This document shows, piece by piece, positions 12,650 through 25,360 of a DNA stretch of 64,000 nucleotides. Both the position numbers and the translations under genes were made by a program. Every line of letters starts with the position of its first letter. Position 1 is the first letter of the stretch. Source of the DNA: Paramecium tetraurelia. Taxonomy: Eukaryota. The notes under the pieces were generated by a model. It was not told where the DNA came from and ran no database searches. It worked only from the letters and a program-made list of their open reading frames with translations. The DNA is taken from contig CT868665.1 in NCBI GenBank assembly GCA_000165425.1, positions 186,001 to 250,000 of the forward strand. The letters are read 5' to 3'.

Positions 12650-14560
12650 TATGAATAGATTAAAAGGCTTAAATTAAAATTTTGATTTGACATAATACTT
12701 AAAGAAGTAATATGATCTTATAAGAATATACAAACTAAATGGAACAATCTTATTTCAATTTCATGAAGATGTTGTCAACAAAAATGATTGCTAATAATGA
12801 GATCAACATATCAAAAATTTTATGCAATGACAAGAGGATTCAAAATTAAGACAATAAATACTATTGGAATTCAAATTACGAAAAAATTGATATGTTAGTA
12901 ACTAAAAATTAGAAATATATTTAAAACTAAATAAATTCTAGATTTATACTTTCTATATTAAATTGGTATGATGTACTATACTACAGTTTACTGATATTCA
13001 ATAGGTCATTGTTCTTGCTTTAAACTTACTTAATTAATACAATTATTAGTTATAATATTATTATTAATATATCATTCAATCAACATTTAAGAAAAGTATT
13101 TTTATTTTGATTAATTTTGTTAAACTTTATTCCATTTTGAAAAATTAATCAGGTATACTTATCCTTTTTAAGACAACATCAATGTATTGATCAACCATTA
13201 AATGACGTGGTTGATAAATAAATATTATAGAAGGGTTAGATTCTACAGTGGATTTTAATCTTTTCAATCTAATAAAATAAATGGATATGGAAGATCAAGA
13301 AACTTCAATACCACTGAAAAATCGTAATTTTTAATCTAATTCTGACAACTTTGATAGCATATTAACTGGAGATTTAAATTTTATTGTCTTTTAATAATTA
13401 AAACTTTATATTTTGGTATTTAATTTCAGTAGTAATCTAGTATTCTTGACATTTTCTAAATTCATACTATTCCAAATGCTAATTTCAAATCCAAGTGTTA
13501 ATTCTAAAGATAAAGTTGAATAAGTATTCTAATTTTGTATATAATTATATATTTCATTTAAATTACTTGATTATTTATGTTTAAGTTTAATAGGAAATCA
13601 AAAAAAAATTAAATAATCTAATGCATTGTTTTAAGATAAATTTGTAAATCGTTATTTTACTATTCTTGTAATCCAAGCTTTTAAAGAAACAAGACTAATG
13701 AAATTTCTGTATCATTACATAACCTATGTTTCAAGTAATCAATATTCAGATATGATAAGCTACAAATGACTTTCAAATTTTTGAAATAATGATAAGTTAA
13801 AATTTTGATCTAATTTATCCATGCTATAAAGTATAATATTACACATTTATTAGCAGATTGGACTAGTTGGTAGTATTTCTGTTTCCATCCTTCACAAGAT
13901 CAAAATTAATAAGAATATTATCTGCTAGTTAGACAATATCAATATTGAAGAATTAACCCAGCTCTTAGATTGCAGAATTAGTAAATCTGAGATGGTGTTT
14001 TAATTCGATCAATTATTGGCTGCATATTTTATTTAAGTTTTAGGTCTGATTTCACTTAAAAATATTAGATATAGAATATTCTTATGGTCAAAAATATTGA
14101 TTTCTCATAATGTAAGGATTAAATAGAATGCAAAGAGAAAATGTATAACATTTTAGTTTTTAACATTCCTGTTCACTAATAACTTTAATATTAGAGACTA
14201 ATTATGATAGTTTGATGTTAAGCATTTAATAATAATTGTTTCTTCATTTACGAATTGGTATAATTATGCATAGAATAGAATGATAAAATGTATTCTAAAC
14301 TTTGTTTCCTCTAAGCATATAGCTTTAAATTAAATTTAATTGGAATAATTAATTTGTTAAATAACTCTACAACATTTATAAATTTCATTTCGTCACATTA
14401 TCAATTTTTTTTAATAGTTTATCTGCTTATTATTTTTTAACATCCCTTGCTTTGATTATTTTCTTCATTTTAGTATTCTCATTACTTTTTCCTGAAAACA
14501 TCAACCTATCTACAACAATACTCAATGCAAATATCAACCAATATGATATAAAGGAGTAGA
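12650..14560. pseudogene. Degenerate coding-like block (probable decayed gene or genes)
   Basis: About 1.9 kb with coding-like patches broken by TGA stops and frameshifts on both strands; no recognisable domain; far longer than neighbouring intergenic gaps. Confidence 0.35.
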
Positions 14561-14638
14561 ACATTATTCCTGTTATGCTAGAAATATCTGGTAATTTTTC
14601 TTTAATTTATTCCATCAAATATTTTAATTAATATAAAT

Positions 14639-16421
14639 ATGGATTAAGATTAAAGAGGCCTTTCACCATAAACTTCAAAATCATCATCCCATCAAAATCA
14701 AGTATCAAGGTCTAAAGAATTTCCACTTGATTTCTTTATCCAAAAGAAATTTATTTCTGATGATTTCAAATCAATTTTAGAGGAGGCGCAAGTACATTAT
14801 CATAACTAAATAAGCAAAAATATTCAATCAAATCTATCCATATCAGTCCAAAGAATTAAATTCCAGAATTAGAAGGTTAAGCTTTACAATTGAGGATCCT
14901 GGAGAAAATAAAATGAATACTAAATGTGATGCTGCTCTTCATATAATTCAATTATTATAGGATAAGTGCAAATAATAGATAAATATCATTCTCTTAATAC
15001 CAGAAGGTATTTATATTGTAAATTCTAGGAATTGTATCCTTTTTGATTGGCTCCAAAGGATCCTAGCTTGCCAAAATTATAGAAGAAACTAATGCCAAAA
15101 TCACAGTAAATCAACCCATAGTCAATTACTCTCCTAGAACTGTTAAAATTGTTGGTGATCATAGCACAATCCATTCTGCTATTAGGGCAATAACCAAGAA
15201 GATGTAAGAGCGAGGAATATCATCTGAAGATTACAAGAAGGTTCCTGAAACATTGAATCCATAGAAAGTGAGTGTCAAAGTAAAAATCAATACTATTATT
15301 AACAGACGAAACTCATTTTTATATCCTCTGTTGTTGAATACATAATGAAAAACAAAAATGAAATCGAGAATAAATATGATGTCGAAATCAAAATTAAAGA
15401 AAGCAATGACATTAGACTCACTGTAATAATCTTATTATTATTATTATTTTATAGCAAAAGTGTAAATTAAAAAGAGATGATAAAATCATTTAATTGTTAG
15501 GTTCTTTATCCAATGTTTAAGATGCTTTGTCATCACTTATCAGAAGAGTCTCAGAACATTTAAAAAAATAAGAATTAGAAATCAAAATTGTTATGCCAGC
15601 TAGTTATGCATCCAAATTAATTGGAGCAAGTATATCTATCTATTTATACCTTAAGAGGGCTGTTAAATTAGGGAATTGGCTACGAAATCAAAAGGAGCAT
15701 AAATCAAGGTCTTATCTGATAAAGATGAAACTGATCATGATTATTGTATGTTATTCCACTTAGTATTGTTAGATTGCATTGTGTAAATAGCAGGAAATCT
15801 ATAAAACAAACAAGATGCCAGCAAATTGATTCTTTAATAAATAGAATGTTTCAAGAATGGAGGACCAGTATATTATTATATTTAATATAGATCATGGACA
15901 GTGGGAAATTTCTAAATGAGGATAATCTAAATTAAACATCTTAATTATAGAACAATTATGAAGATCATAAAATTAAGAGGTTTTCAAATAGTTCAATCTT
16001 ATTTAGATAAAAATCCAGCTCTTAATCTGAAAGAAATTCACGTTCAAGATCGTAATCTAGAAGAAAACATAAACATCAAAGGAAAAGATCTGTTGAAAGA
16101 AGATCGGCATCATCAAGGTATTTCAAATTACACTATCTCTACTTTTTAGCTATTCTAAAAGAAGAGAAAGAGCGAATGTCTTATCTACAAAAATGATTGT
16201 TTCTAATGAAGTAATGCATATTTTAGAAAAATATCATAAATTAAGTGAATATAAAGAGAGATATAATGTAGACATATAAGCTGACGACTCGGTACTAATC
16301 CAATCTAAATAATTAGAGAAGAAATTCTGAATCTTACTTGAGATTAAAAGGCAAATTAAAAGATTGTTTAATTGTTATTGAAGAAATTTTGAATGAGCAA
16401 CAAAAAATCCTAAGAAAATGA
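14639..16421 (+). CDS. Multi-KH-domain RNA-binding protein with RS-rich segment
   Basis: KH GxxG loops VSFLIGSKGSQLAKIIEETNAKI and ASKLIGARGCQIRELATKSKGAQIKV; RS-like RNSRSRSQSRRKHKHQRKRS; many 20-30 nt introns. Confidence 0.85.
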
Positions 16422-16509
16422 ATATTAAATATAACAAAAAAATTAATAATAATAAAAATAACCTAAGAACTTCATAATAATTATTAATAAACAGATTAAT
16501 AATTAATAA

Positions 16510-16990
16510 TACAAACTCTTTATGTCATAAATCTACATACCCATGTGATTTGATAAATTATTATGTTACCAATTTTATGTAAATTATTTCTCTAATTTTT
16601 GTCACATCTTTAAATCTCTATAAGTAGAATTCAATTTTACCTTTTCATATTTTTTATTCACTTCTCTATTCAGAAGTTTCACCAAATTTTTAATATATTA
16701 TAAATCAAAATAGTACTTCTATATTAATACTGAATGTCAAGATGAAATATGTTCATATAATTTGACCTTACTTAAATGTACACATTAATCACATATCAAC
16801 TTCCCTCTCTTTTTCTAATACTTCTATTACCTAATTTTTACAAAACTACATTCATACTAAAATTATCTAACTTTTATTTGAATTTATTTTTAATTGAAAA
16901 AAGATTGTAGTTTAATAATTATTAAAATTGTGTTTTCGGAGAGCATTTATTCTTTTAGTGAGTTGATTGCCTCAATCCCGCTTATGTATC
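16510..16990 (-). pseudogene. Possible decayed gene fragment
   Basis: Coding-like patches (YECSFCKNQVIEVLEKERE) interrupted by TGA; no intact frame. Confidence 0.25.
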
Positions 16991-17080
16991 AGAGATATAT
17001 CAGTATATTTATTCAAATAACAATATATAAGATAAATATATATAAGAATGTCTTCATTACTCCTGAGATTAAAGGTGATA

Positions 17081-17287
17081 TCAAGTTATTGATCGAGTAC
17101 TTGTCTTTTATTACTATTTTATCCTTCTTCTCATCACAATGGGATTTTGTTCAATTGAATATTATTTCTTTCTCAATACAGGGATAATGTGGTTAGGACC
17201 TTTATCTTCTTATTGTTGTTAGAAATTTTCTAGGCTACAAAGTTATTAATTGAGGCTTTTCGCATTTTTAGTAGCATAACACCCCAT
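17081..17287 (-). CDS. Small (68 aa) protein with MGC N-terminus, predicted dually acylated
   Basis: MGCYATKNAKSLN...IEQNPIVMRRRIK...; the 3' end is uncertain. Confidence 0.55.
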
Positions 17288-18734
17288 TAATTTATAATTA
17301 TATTAATGTTTAGTGTTCTATGAATTGACTGATTATCAATAATTGCAATTATATATATTATAAAAACGCATAGTTTAGAGAGCAAAAAATGTTGAAATTT
17401 CTCCACTACAACTACAGCTTCAAAATTATTATTTGCTGATCAATATTTAATCACAAAATATTACAAAACTCCAGGATTTCAATATAGACTAAGTAATTAT
17501 TAAATAATAAAGCATGTCTTGGATAGGATACCTTGTCTTGTATACGGTTCCAGCTGCGCTTTCCAAATTGTAAAATTTACATACAAAAACGAAATTTATC
17601 ATCATTTTAACTTTTTAATTGAAAACTGAAGAAAATACTATCTAAGATAAATTTACTTTTTTCTTTTCTTTCATAAGGAATTCCTATCTCTATGGTTTGC
17701 CTCATAATTTATTATAGTATTAAACAAAAATGTATCTTAGATGAGGCGGAGGCATTTAAACTTTTTAGTAATAATTTAAATTTTAAATTATGAAATTATA
17801 GAATAATATCTAAATTGTAATATTAAACAGATATAGAATTTGCTTAAGGGTGTTGTTATTTGAAAAGTATTACAAGTAATTTAAATATGATAGATTAATC
17901 AATTAAGAAATATTAAAAATTTTTAAATTGCAATCCAAAAAAATATTCTTCTATTAACCCTTGAATGTAATCATAGAAAATAATCACACCAAAATCGTCA
18001 GACAAAATTAGTATAAAAATGTATAAATTGTATTTGTATTATTGACTTTGAGTGATTGGAAATTAACTAATTCAAATGAAAATTAATTTATCATATTATC
18101 TACAAAAAAAATTATACTGCTATTAGAAAATTTATTCTTTTCTCTCCGTAAACATTATTTCATCAATAAGAGAACTAAAAATTAAATAAACTAAAATCAG
18201 AATTTTTGTTCTTCGCTAAAAATTAGCTTTATATTCTTTCAGAAAACATTTAGTAAATCCTATTTAAATTATATTAAAATAAAATATTTTATTCTTTGAT
18301 GGCTTAAGAGGATAGCATTCAATTTTTATATTTTCATAGTTTTATAATTATGATAAATATTTAGTTATTATTATTACAAATAACCAAATAATATCAAATA
18401 CCTATAATATAATATAATACAAAACTTAGAGTATAAGTCTAATTATAAAAAGATTAATGTCTGAATATAATTATGGAAAATAAGTCATAATTATAAAGTG
18501 AGATTATGTCTTAGATATTGTAACAAATTACACAATTTATAATTTTTCATAATAATAACTATTTTGAATTAATTATGGAAGAGGACATAGAAAATGGAAG
18601 TAGATAGGAATATTTAATTATTGTCGAAGTTTGATTTAATGTGAACCAGAATAATTAATCAAGTATTCTATTATAATTCGATTTATTATATTTGAATTAC
18701 AAAATATTAAGATGATATTTTAAAAGCATAAAAT

Positions 18735-19385
18735 ATGGCTTTGATGAAAGAGTAAAATTAATAAATGAATAACTAGTTTCATGCCTATGGTAAAAATAGC
18801 ATAAGGAAACAGAATTTAGAGAAAAGAATGTTATAAACAATATTTTTTCCAAACAAATGGAATTTTCATTACTTTTTTAATATGATGAAGGATTGCCAAT
18901 AATTCATCATAGCTTGTATATCAGAAATAGATCATTCTTGGATAATAAAATTGCTAGTCTTATTAGCCAATGCAGGGAGGAAAATTTATTTGATTATGGA
19001 TTGTAAGGAGGATCAAAGAAATGATGAATTGTTTTAGGCAGTGATTTGCGAATTGTTAATAGAAAGTCAATTCAAAATAAAGATAGTTGTAAACACAAAA
19101 AAATACGAAAGTCTGCCTACTAATTTTTGTGTAATAGATGGAAAAGTCTTAATCACCACTTCTACAAATTGGACTATCAATTCTTTCAATAAGTCTCATG
19201 AATGGATGATGCTTGATAAAAAATATGATAACGTAGTTGAAATGATTGAAATATTCGAATAAATGTGGAACTAATTTAAGTTTGTTACATTTATAAATGA
19301 AGATATTGCTTTGTTAGATAATGACGATTCCCAATTTCAGTCAGTGTTTACATATTGATAGGATTATGTTGTGGATACATTATGA
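18735..19385 (+). CDS. Single-domain PLD6/Zucchini/Nuc-like protein with degenerate HKD motif
   Basis: TIFFPN...IIACI...LANAGRKIYLIMD...LPTNFCVIDGKVLITTSTNWTINSFNKSHEWMML...FEQMWNQF matches the PLDc_2 pattern (MHxKFxVxD...LITGSxNWT...NxE...FExLW). Start and final exon are approximate. Confidence 0.75.
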
Positions 19386-19667
19386 TTTGATATTAAAATA
19401 ATTATTGTAAGTTATTTTTGTAATAGTGGCAGTATTAAGAATTACCAGAATAAATATAATCTCCAAATATAAATTTATTTAAAGAAGATATATATAATTA
19501 AATTTTTCACACACTCCAACTCCAGTAAAATCTTGACTAAAATTATAGACTTTAGGATATCCCCTACTCTTATATCTCTTCACTCTTGACTCACATAACT
19601 ATCATCAGGAACTAAAGTAATGTAAATAAATAATTAGGGATTATATTTGGAAATATTATATATATTA

Positions 19668-20087
19668 TCAAAATCTATTTCCTTGGTATTAGATATTTGT
19701 GTAACCCATTCCAGACAAGTATTATAACCAGGCATTGGTATTGTACCATTGTTAGTAGTTATAATATTATTGAGCATAAGAGTTAAATTAAGAATAACTA
19801 TTTTAGCCATTTTAAACCTCCTAGCCTTGTTTTACATTCTATAGGGTTTCTTCTTTTATATTCTTAACGGTCTCTCTTTGCTCCTACTCATTGGATTTCT
19901 TTATTTTTCTAATTCTCTTTTGTTTTTTACCAACACGACCTTCATGTTTATATAATGATAAAATGGCTTTGCCAGTGGAAAATTTAATTCCAAATTACTT
20001 GGCTGCCTACTTTATTGTACAGACTCCTTATTAAACTTTATTAATAAAGGCTAATCTTGTTTCATCTGAGATTTTTGAATACTTCAT
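19668..20087 (-). CDS. Small helix-turn-helix (homeodomain-like/transposase-type HTH) DNA-binding protein
   Basis: MKYSKISDETRLAFINKVQQGVCTIKQAAKQFGIKFSTGKAILSLYKHEGRVGKK; the C-terminal exon structure is uncertain. Confidence 0.7.
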
Positions 20088-20419
20088 TAAATCTAAATTT
20101 TTTCTTTTAATTTTCTTCAATTATAGGGAAATATTTAGAATTTAAATATTATACAGATCCAATTTAATTGATATAAAGTATTAGGAATTTGTTGTAAGAA
20201 ATTTTAAATTAAATTTAATTGAGATATTTCAAGGTTAAAATGTTAGGATGCTTAGTTGTAGGGCTTATTATATTTATTATAATACGAATATATATATAAG
20301 TTAACTGCATAATAATTATTTTATATATTGTAGTTAAATTAATTGAATAAAATTTACTTTCAAATTCTAAAAAATTGAATTTACATCAATTTAATTTATA
20401 ATTATTATTCAAAAAATAT

Positions 20420-21145
20420 CCTTATGTTCTCCAAACTATTATTCGATGCATTTTTTTCTTTAAAATTGAGTCTTACTCCCAGAAGAATTTTTAGAAATTT
20501 CATTATCTTACTCTTTTGTTGTATTTTTGTCTTTCACTTAGATTTGCCTAAATATTCTATCATTAACATCATATTTACAGTATTCTTATTTAGGAATTAA
20601 ATCAGATAGATAAATACATCAGAATCTTTAATTTCCCCTTATAAATTTTTATTGCATTTATTCTAAGCCATTTACGATATTATATCAGGCTGTTTTGCTA
20701 GTACTAGTAAAGAAAACAACTTTTTTATCGTTTTGAGAACTGCCTTGTACCTAAGTAGTCTCCCAAATAAAAGATTTTCCATTATTGTTTTAAACTTTTG
20801 TAGTATTATTTTAAATGTAGAATGCTCATATGGTCTGTGAACTAGTTTAGTCATACTAAGTTTTCAGAGGAGAATAAATACATGATATTTGTGTAAAAAC
20901 AAATGGATCTTTTATAATAAGTAAACATTCTACTTTTTAAGAGACTTAAGTATGCAGTCTAGTTAATATTAGTGAAATAATCTTTGAGTAGAGGTATATG
21001 ATTAGATCTGTTATATATTCTTTCGAGATGATTTAAGATAGATAAATATTAGCACTGTTACTGTATTGAAATACTTTTGATTCGGATGCTTAACCACCAA
21101 GTCCCATAGCCAAAGTTAAGTGTTGTAGATTCCTTGAATGGCATT
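20420..21145 (-). pseudogene. Degenerate coding-like segment
   Basis: Long frames broken by TGA stops; no recognisable domain. Confidence 0.25.
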
Positions 21146-21181
21146 TACTATTATTATTATATAAATAATTATGTAAAATAT

Positions 21182-22621
21182 TCATTAGCATTTTAGACAA
21201 TTGACTGCCTGATTTGTAGGATAGATGACTAAGTAGATTTCCAAACATTTCATGCAATATCGATAACTGGGTACTGATATTTTTGGAGGATGCTATTTAT
21301 AACCATGACATTAAGCACAAGGGTACGCCTTATTACAACAAGCAAAGATAGGAATAGTATTACATGGTTATCTATGTTCACAGTCTTGAGTATAGATGAT
21401 ATGAGGGAATGTATTGACATTTTCCTGTATTTTCTATTGAGACTCATCTAAATCCTAATCAGTCTGTCCATCTGTGTGCATGGAATCAAAGTGATTATTG
21501 AATTCATTTTTTATCTCAGGAAGACTGGCCACTTTATCTAGAGCCTAACTGACAATACTATTCATCATCTATATGTCTTCCTATTTAAATCCAGGTATTT
21601 TCTATTAGATGTTATTATTTTGAATTTGCTCCTTAATTTATTAGGATAATCCATCTAATCTTTACTGTTTCATTTCAATCTTTTGCAGTCTAATGAGATT
21701 AAGATCTTGATCTTGGATGAACATTTCCTTATTGTCATCTAGAGCATACATGATGTCAGATTCTAATTGAGGAAAGTATGTTTGCCAAGATAAATCTAAT
21801 TGTATAGTTCTTTTTCTGACAGCCAAATTGGTTTAGGTGGCGATTTGTGTGATTTCCCTGATATGTTTACCTTTGATAAACTCAATGCTCTCAAACAATT
21901 CGTCTTAAGTCATATCATAAATATTCTTTTTTATTAATTACTCTACTTAATCAGTCAATCCATTTTCTTTAGTTTCCCAAAACAAAAAGCCATTAACTGC
22001 ACATATGATGCCTTATTCTATTAGTTTAAGCTTTTACAATATGTCTTTAGTCAATTACTCAAATTTTTATCTGACTTCTGAGACTCTTTCTGGCATTTTC
22101 TGAATAGAACTACATTATTCTTAGAACTCTCTATATTTTTCATCAAAGAGTTTACAAAATTGTTGGACTTCCATTGTCTCATGATTATTATGCTCTTCCA
22201 ATAAACAATAAGCACAACCCAATCGTTTTTAAGCCTTACACAATGGATTTTAACAGATGTAAATTAGTTTATTTTTTTCATGATTCTTTTTATCACACAC
22301 AGCTTCTAAATTTAAACCTAAGTATTTGATAACTGATCTTTAATGCATCTCTGTTCCTTTGGCAACTATTGATGAATGTCTCTTTTGCATTCTGATATTC
22401 TAGGGTATCTAAACTGCTGAAGATGACATTCTCTTAGTTGTTGGACTGATACCTGAAGGACTGTGTTGAGATGGACTCTGAGAACTACGATATGATTGCT
22501 TAGCCCAATCCCTCCCACTCTGAAGCATAGATTCTTATTGAATTTCAGTTGTCTTTTTAGTTGGAGATTTAACATTCTGCTTTTGAGTGTTTGTTACTTA
22601 TGTTTTAGTGCTCTTCTTCAT
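21182..22621 (-). CDS. Protein with B-box-like Zn finger, coiled coil and C-terminal CHY-like Zn finger
   Basis: CDKKNHEKNKLIYICQNPLCKAQKRLGCAYCLLEEHNNH; C-terminal CEHRQPCNTIPIFACCNKAYPCAQCH...YCMKC...CLKC. Confidence 0.75.
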
Positions 22622-22675
22622 TCTCTTATTCAATTTAGAATTTAATATATAAATAAAAATTAATAACTCATAAAA

Positions 22676-23526
22676 TCAATAGGCAATACTTTATGTCTAA
22701 ATCAATTATGCAAACAATTTAGATGCTGATACATTCATCATGATAGTATTCTCATCAAAATCATGATGACCCTCCACTTTTCCAAACTATGCTATCTGGA
22801 AATCTTCTTCTAATCTTGACAATCTCACTGCCTCCTCAACTTCTAAGTGATTATTCCATATTAGCAATGCCAAAATGCAAGATTTCAGATTTTCTACTTA
22901 AATTTATCTATCATACCGACTTTTGCATCCAGACTCACCAATTGCCAATTATTTAATTCACCCACTATTGTTTCAATTCTAATCTGATCGTATTATTTCA
23001 ATGGCTCTATGTTTAATCCAAAATTGGTTTTTAAATGCAATCCAAATTTCTCATTAAATATTTACAATTGTGGATCCAACTTCTCCTTCTATATTTTATA
23101 TAATTTAGTATCTGGATTCTCTCTAAACAACACAGTATCCCTCTCTAAATAACTAATAACAGACTATTCCATAAATTATCTGATTCTATCATCTGCCTCA
23201 ATGTCAATGGCATTTCTGGCTAAAGTCAATAGTGGCATCGTAGTAGGCCTTATGAATTCTGTTTGCATATTAAATTCATGCGCAATAAACGAAGCCAATT
23301 AAGGAGAAGGTACAGCCAATGTATTTTTAGAAGGAGTTTTGACTGTCTTTCCATCCAACTAATTGATAATCAATTACTTATATACCTTCACCAACCATTA
23401 ATGATATGGGTTAGTTGGATTCGTGGCCATTTCGATGGTAGCTTCCTTATAGAATCTTTTCAATTAAATTGGCTATTGGGCTGAAACCTATTCTGAAAAT
23501 CGAAATCTAACTATTAACCCTCTCAT
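22676..23526 (-). CDS. ATP12: Mitochondrial F1-ATPase assembly chaperone
   Basis: LKRFYKEA, LDGKTVKTPS, LASFIAHEF, MPLLTLARNAID, EEAVRLSRLEEDFQIAQFGKVEGHHDFD. Confidence 0.93.
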
Positions 23527-23540
23527 TTAATATTATATTT

Positions 23541-23655
23541 GAGATGATTAACAAATGTTATTTGTTTATATCAATATTACAACAGAAACTCAAAAGAACT
23601 AAGATGCTTTGAACTAGAAGTGTTTCTACCTTGTAATCATTCTGCTGAATCTCTT
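23541..23655 (+). ncRNA. Weak candidate box C/D snoRNA
   Basis: GAGA-TGATTA (C-like) ... CTGA-A-TCTC (D box) with a closing terminal stem, in an intergenic gap. Confidence 0.2.
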
Positions 23656-23804
23656 AAAAAGGATCAAAAATATTATTATCCATTTTCTCAAGACTAGTAC
23701 TTGCAAACCTGATAAAAGATGCATTAATTTATAGATATTGTTATATATATATGTTATGATTGTAATAATGCAATCATAAATCCTATTTGGTTGTAATTGA
23801 ATAA

Positions 23805-24374
23805 TCAATTACAGTTTTTCCAGGCAGGTTCATTCGAACACCATTGTTCAGGAAATTATGTGTAAAACAACATAACTTCATTTTTGAATCTTAGGTATTC
23901 TTTGAAGTTATTGGCTTCTCCATTCAGAATGAAGAGAGATGCCCTTTAATTCAAGAACCAAACCATGTATGACTGAAAGACACGTTTCCACTATTTTTAT
24001 TCAGACGTGTCCTTTTAGTTTATGATTAGTTAGTTTTTGAGGCTTCTGAATCCATTTATGTTATGTAAGTTACTTTAGTAATAATCTATAAAACGAGAGG
24101 TTTCTTGCTGCAGTTCCATTTCTAGAAATTCGAACTATCTTCCTCTTCTCATAGATTTCACAGCTTATCTTAATATGTTTCTACAGATGTTTTTTTTGTA
24201 GTCTCTTTAAGAAGGAGATGATTTTGATATTTTAATTAGGTCTTCATCCCAATTCACAAACTTATCAGTATCCTAATGACTACCATCTGTCTCTTCATAA
24301 AAGATTAAAGCTGCTTAATTTACATAGTTATAACTTGCCTCAAATTCTTGCATTTCAAATAAGTATGATGTCAT
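23805..24374 (-). CDS. Hypothetical protein (189 aa)
   Basis: Intronless ORF MTSYLFEMQEFE...RDYKKNICRNILRQAVKSM...FPEQWCSNEPAWKNCN. Confidence 0.75.
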
Positions 24375-25360
24375 CTTGACACCTATTTTTTTTAATATTT
24401 TAATATTTTCTTTTATTAAGTGCTGGATTAGAATAAATACTCAGTTTTTTTTTAAATTTTTACAAATAAATTCATTTCTGTTTAATCATTAATCCATATC
24501 TTTAGAAATATATTGTTTAATTTTATATTTGCATCATTAAATTTACAAAAAATCTTGATATATATACTATAAGAGGTTTGCGAACATATTTGCAATTCAT
24601 CATTAAGTAATTTCATAAAGTTTTACAAACTATTAATTTAATCGTTTTTACAAACTCATAAGACTCATTAAAAAAAAAATAATAAAACTTAAAATCAAAA
24701 AGATAGAGATTTGTTCACCTTCTACCTTTGATGTCCTTAATCTACTTCTAATAATCTATTTTTAATAGTAAAAATATGATTTTTTTATAAGAGACAAAAT
24801 AAAATTTAGAATTGCTTAAGAATCTTTTTCACATATTTGATTTTTTTAAATAAGTATTCCTTTCAAATCTTGATTGCTTAATTTTAAAATAATATCTTAA
24901 ACGACTACATTAATAAATTAGTATTTATAATACTATTTAATAAACTGCTGTTTTTGTAACATATTCAGAAACAATCTAAATAGATATTCACTAATATTTA
25001 TTTTTATTATTTTAATAATTACATACTTTCAAGATTTGATATAATCTCCTTAGAGAGGCTAAGCTACTTGTTTTAATAATACTATTACATTAGATAAAAT
25101 GTATTTGATTTGTAATAATTATTGATTTATTTTGCCTTAATGGGATTTGATCTATGTAGATTGTAATATTTAACAGCATGAATTCATTGATATTGGAGTA
25201 ATTGATTTGAGTGATGATAAGTTCAATAATGAGGGATGTTTTACATTTAAATGAAAAGATATAAATATAATAATTTGATTATTCGATATAATTATGATTG
25301 ATAGTAAGAATATTGATTTGATTATGACTTTTGCATGGTTGATCAATTAATAATTATAAA

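Noticed and set aside
13281..13769. About 160-codon ATG-TGA frame on + strand
   Set aside because: With only TGA as stop, long frames arise by chance in AT-rich DNA; the composition is Ile/Phe/Leu/Asn-biased with no motif.
19500..19620. Less AT-rich island with TGATGA on the minus strand and repeated TCTTGACT
   Set aside because: No matching D box or terminal stem; insufficient for an ncRNA call.
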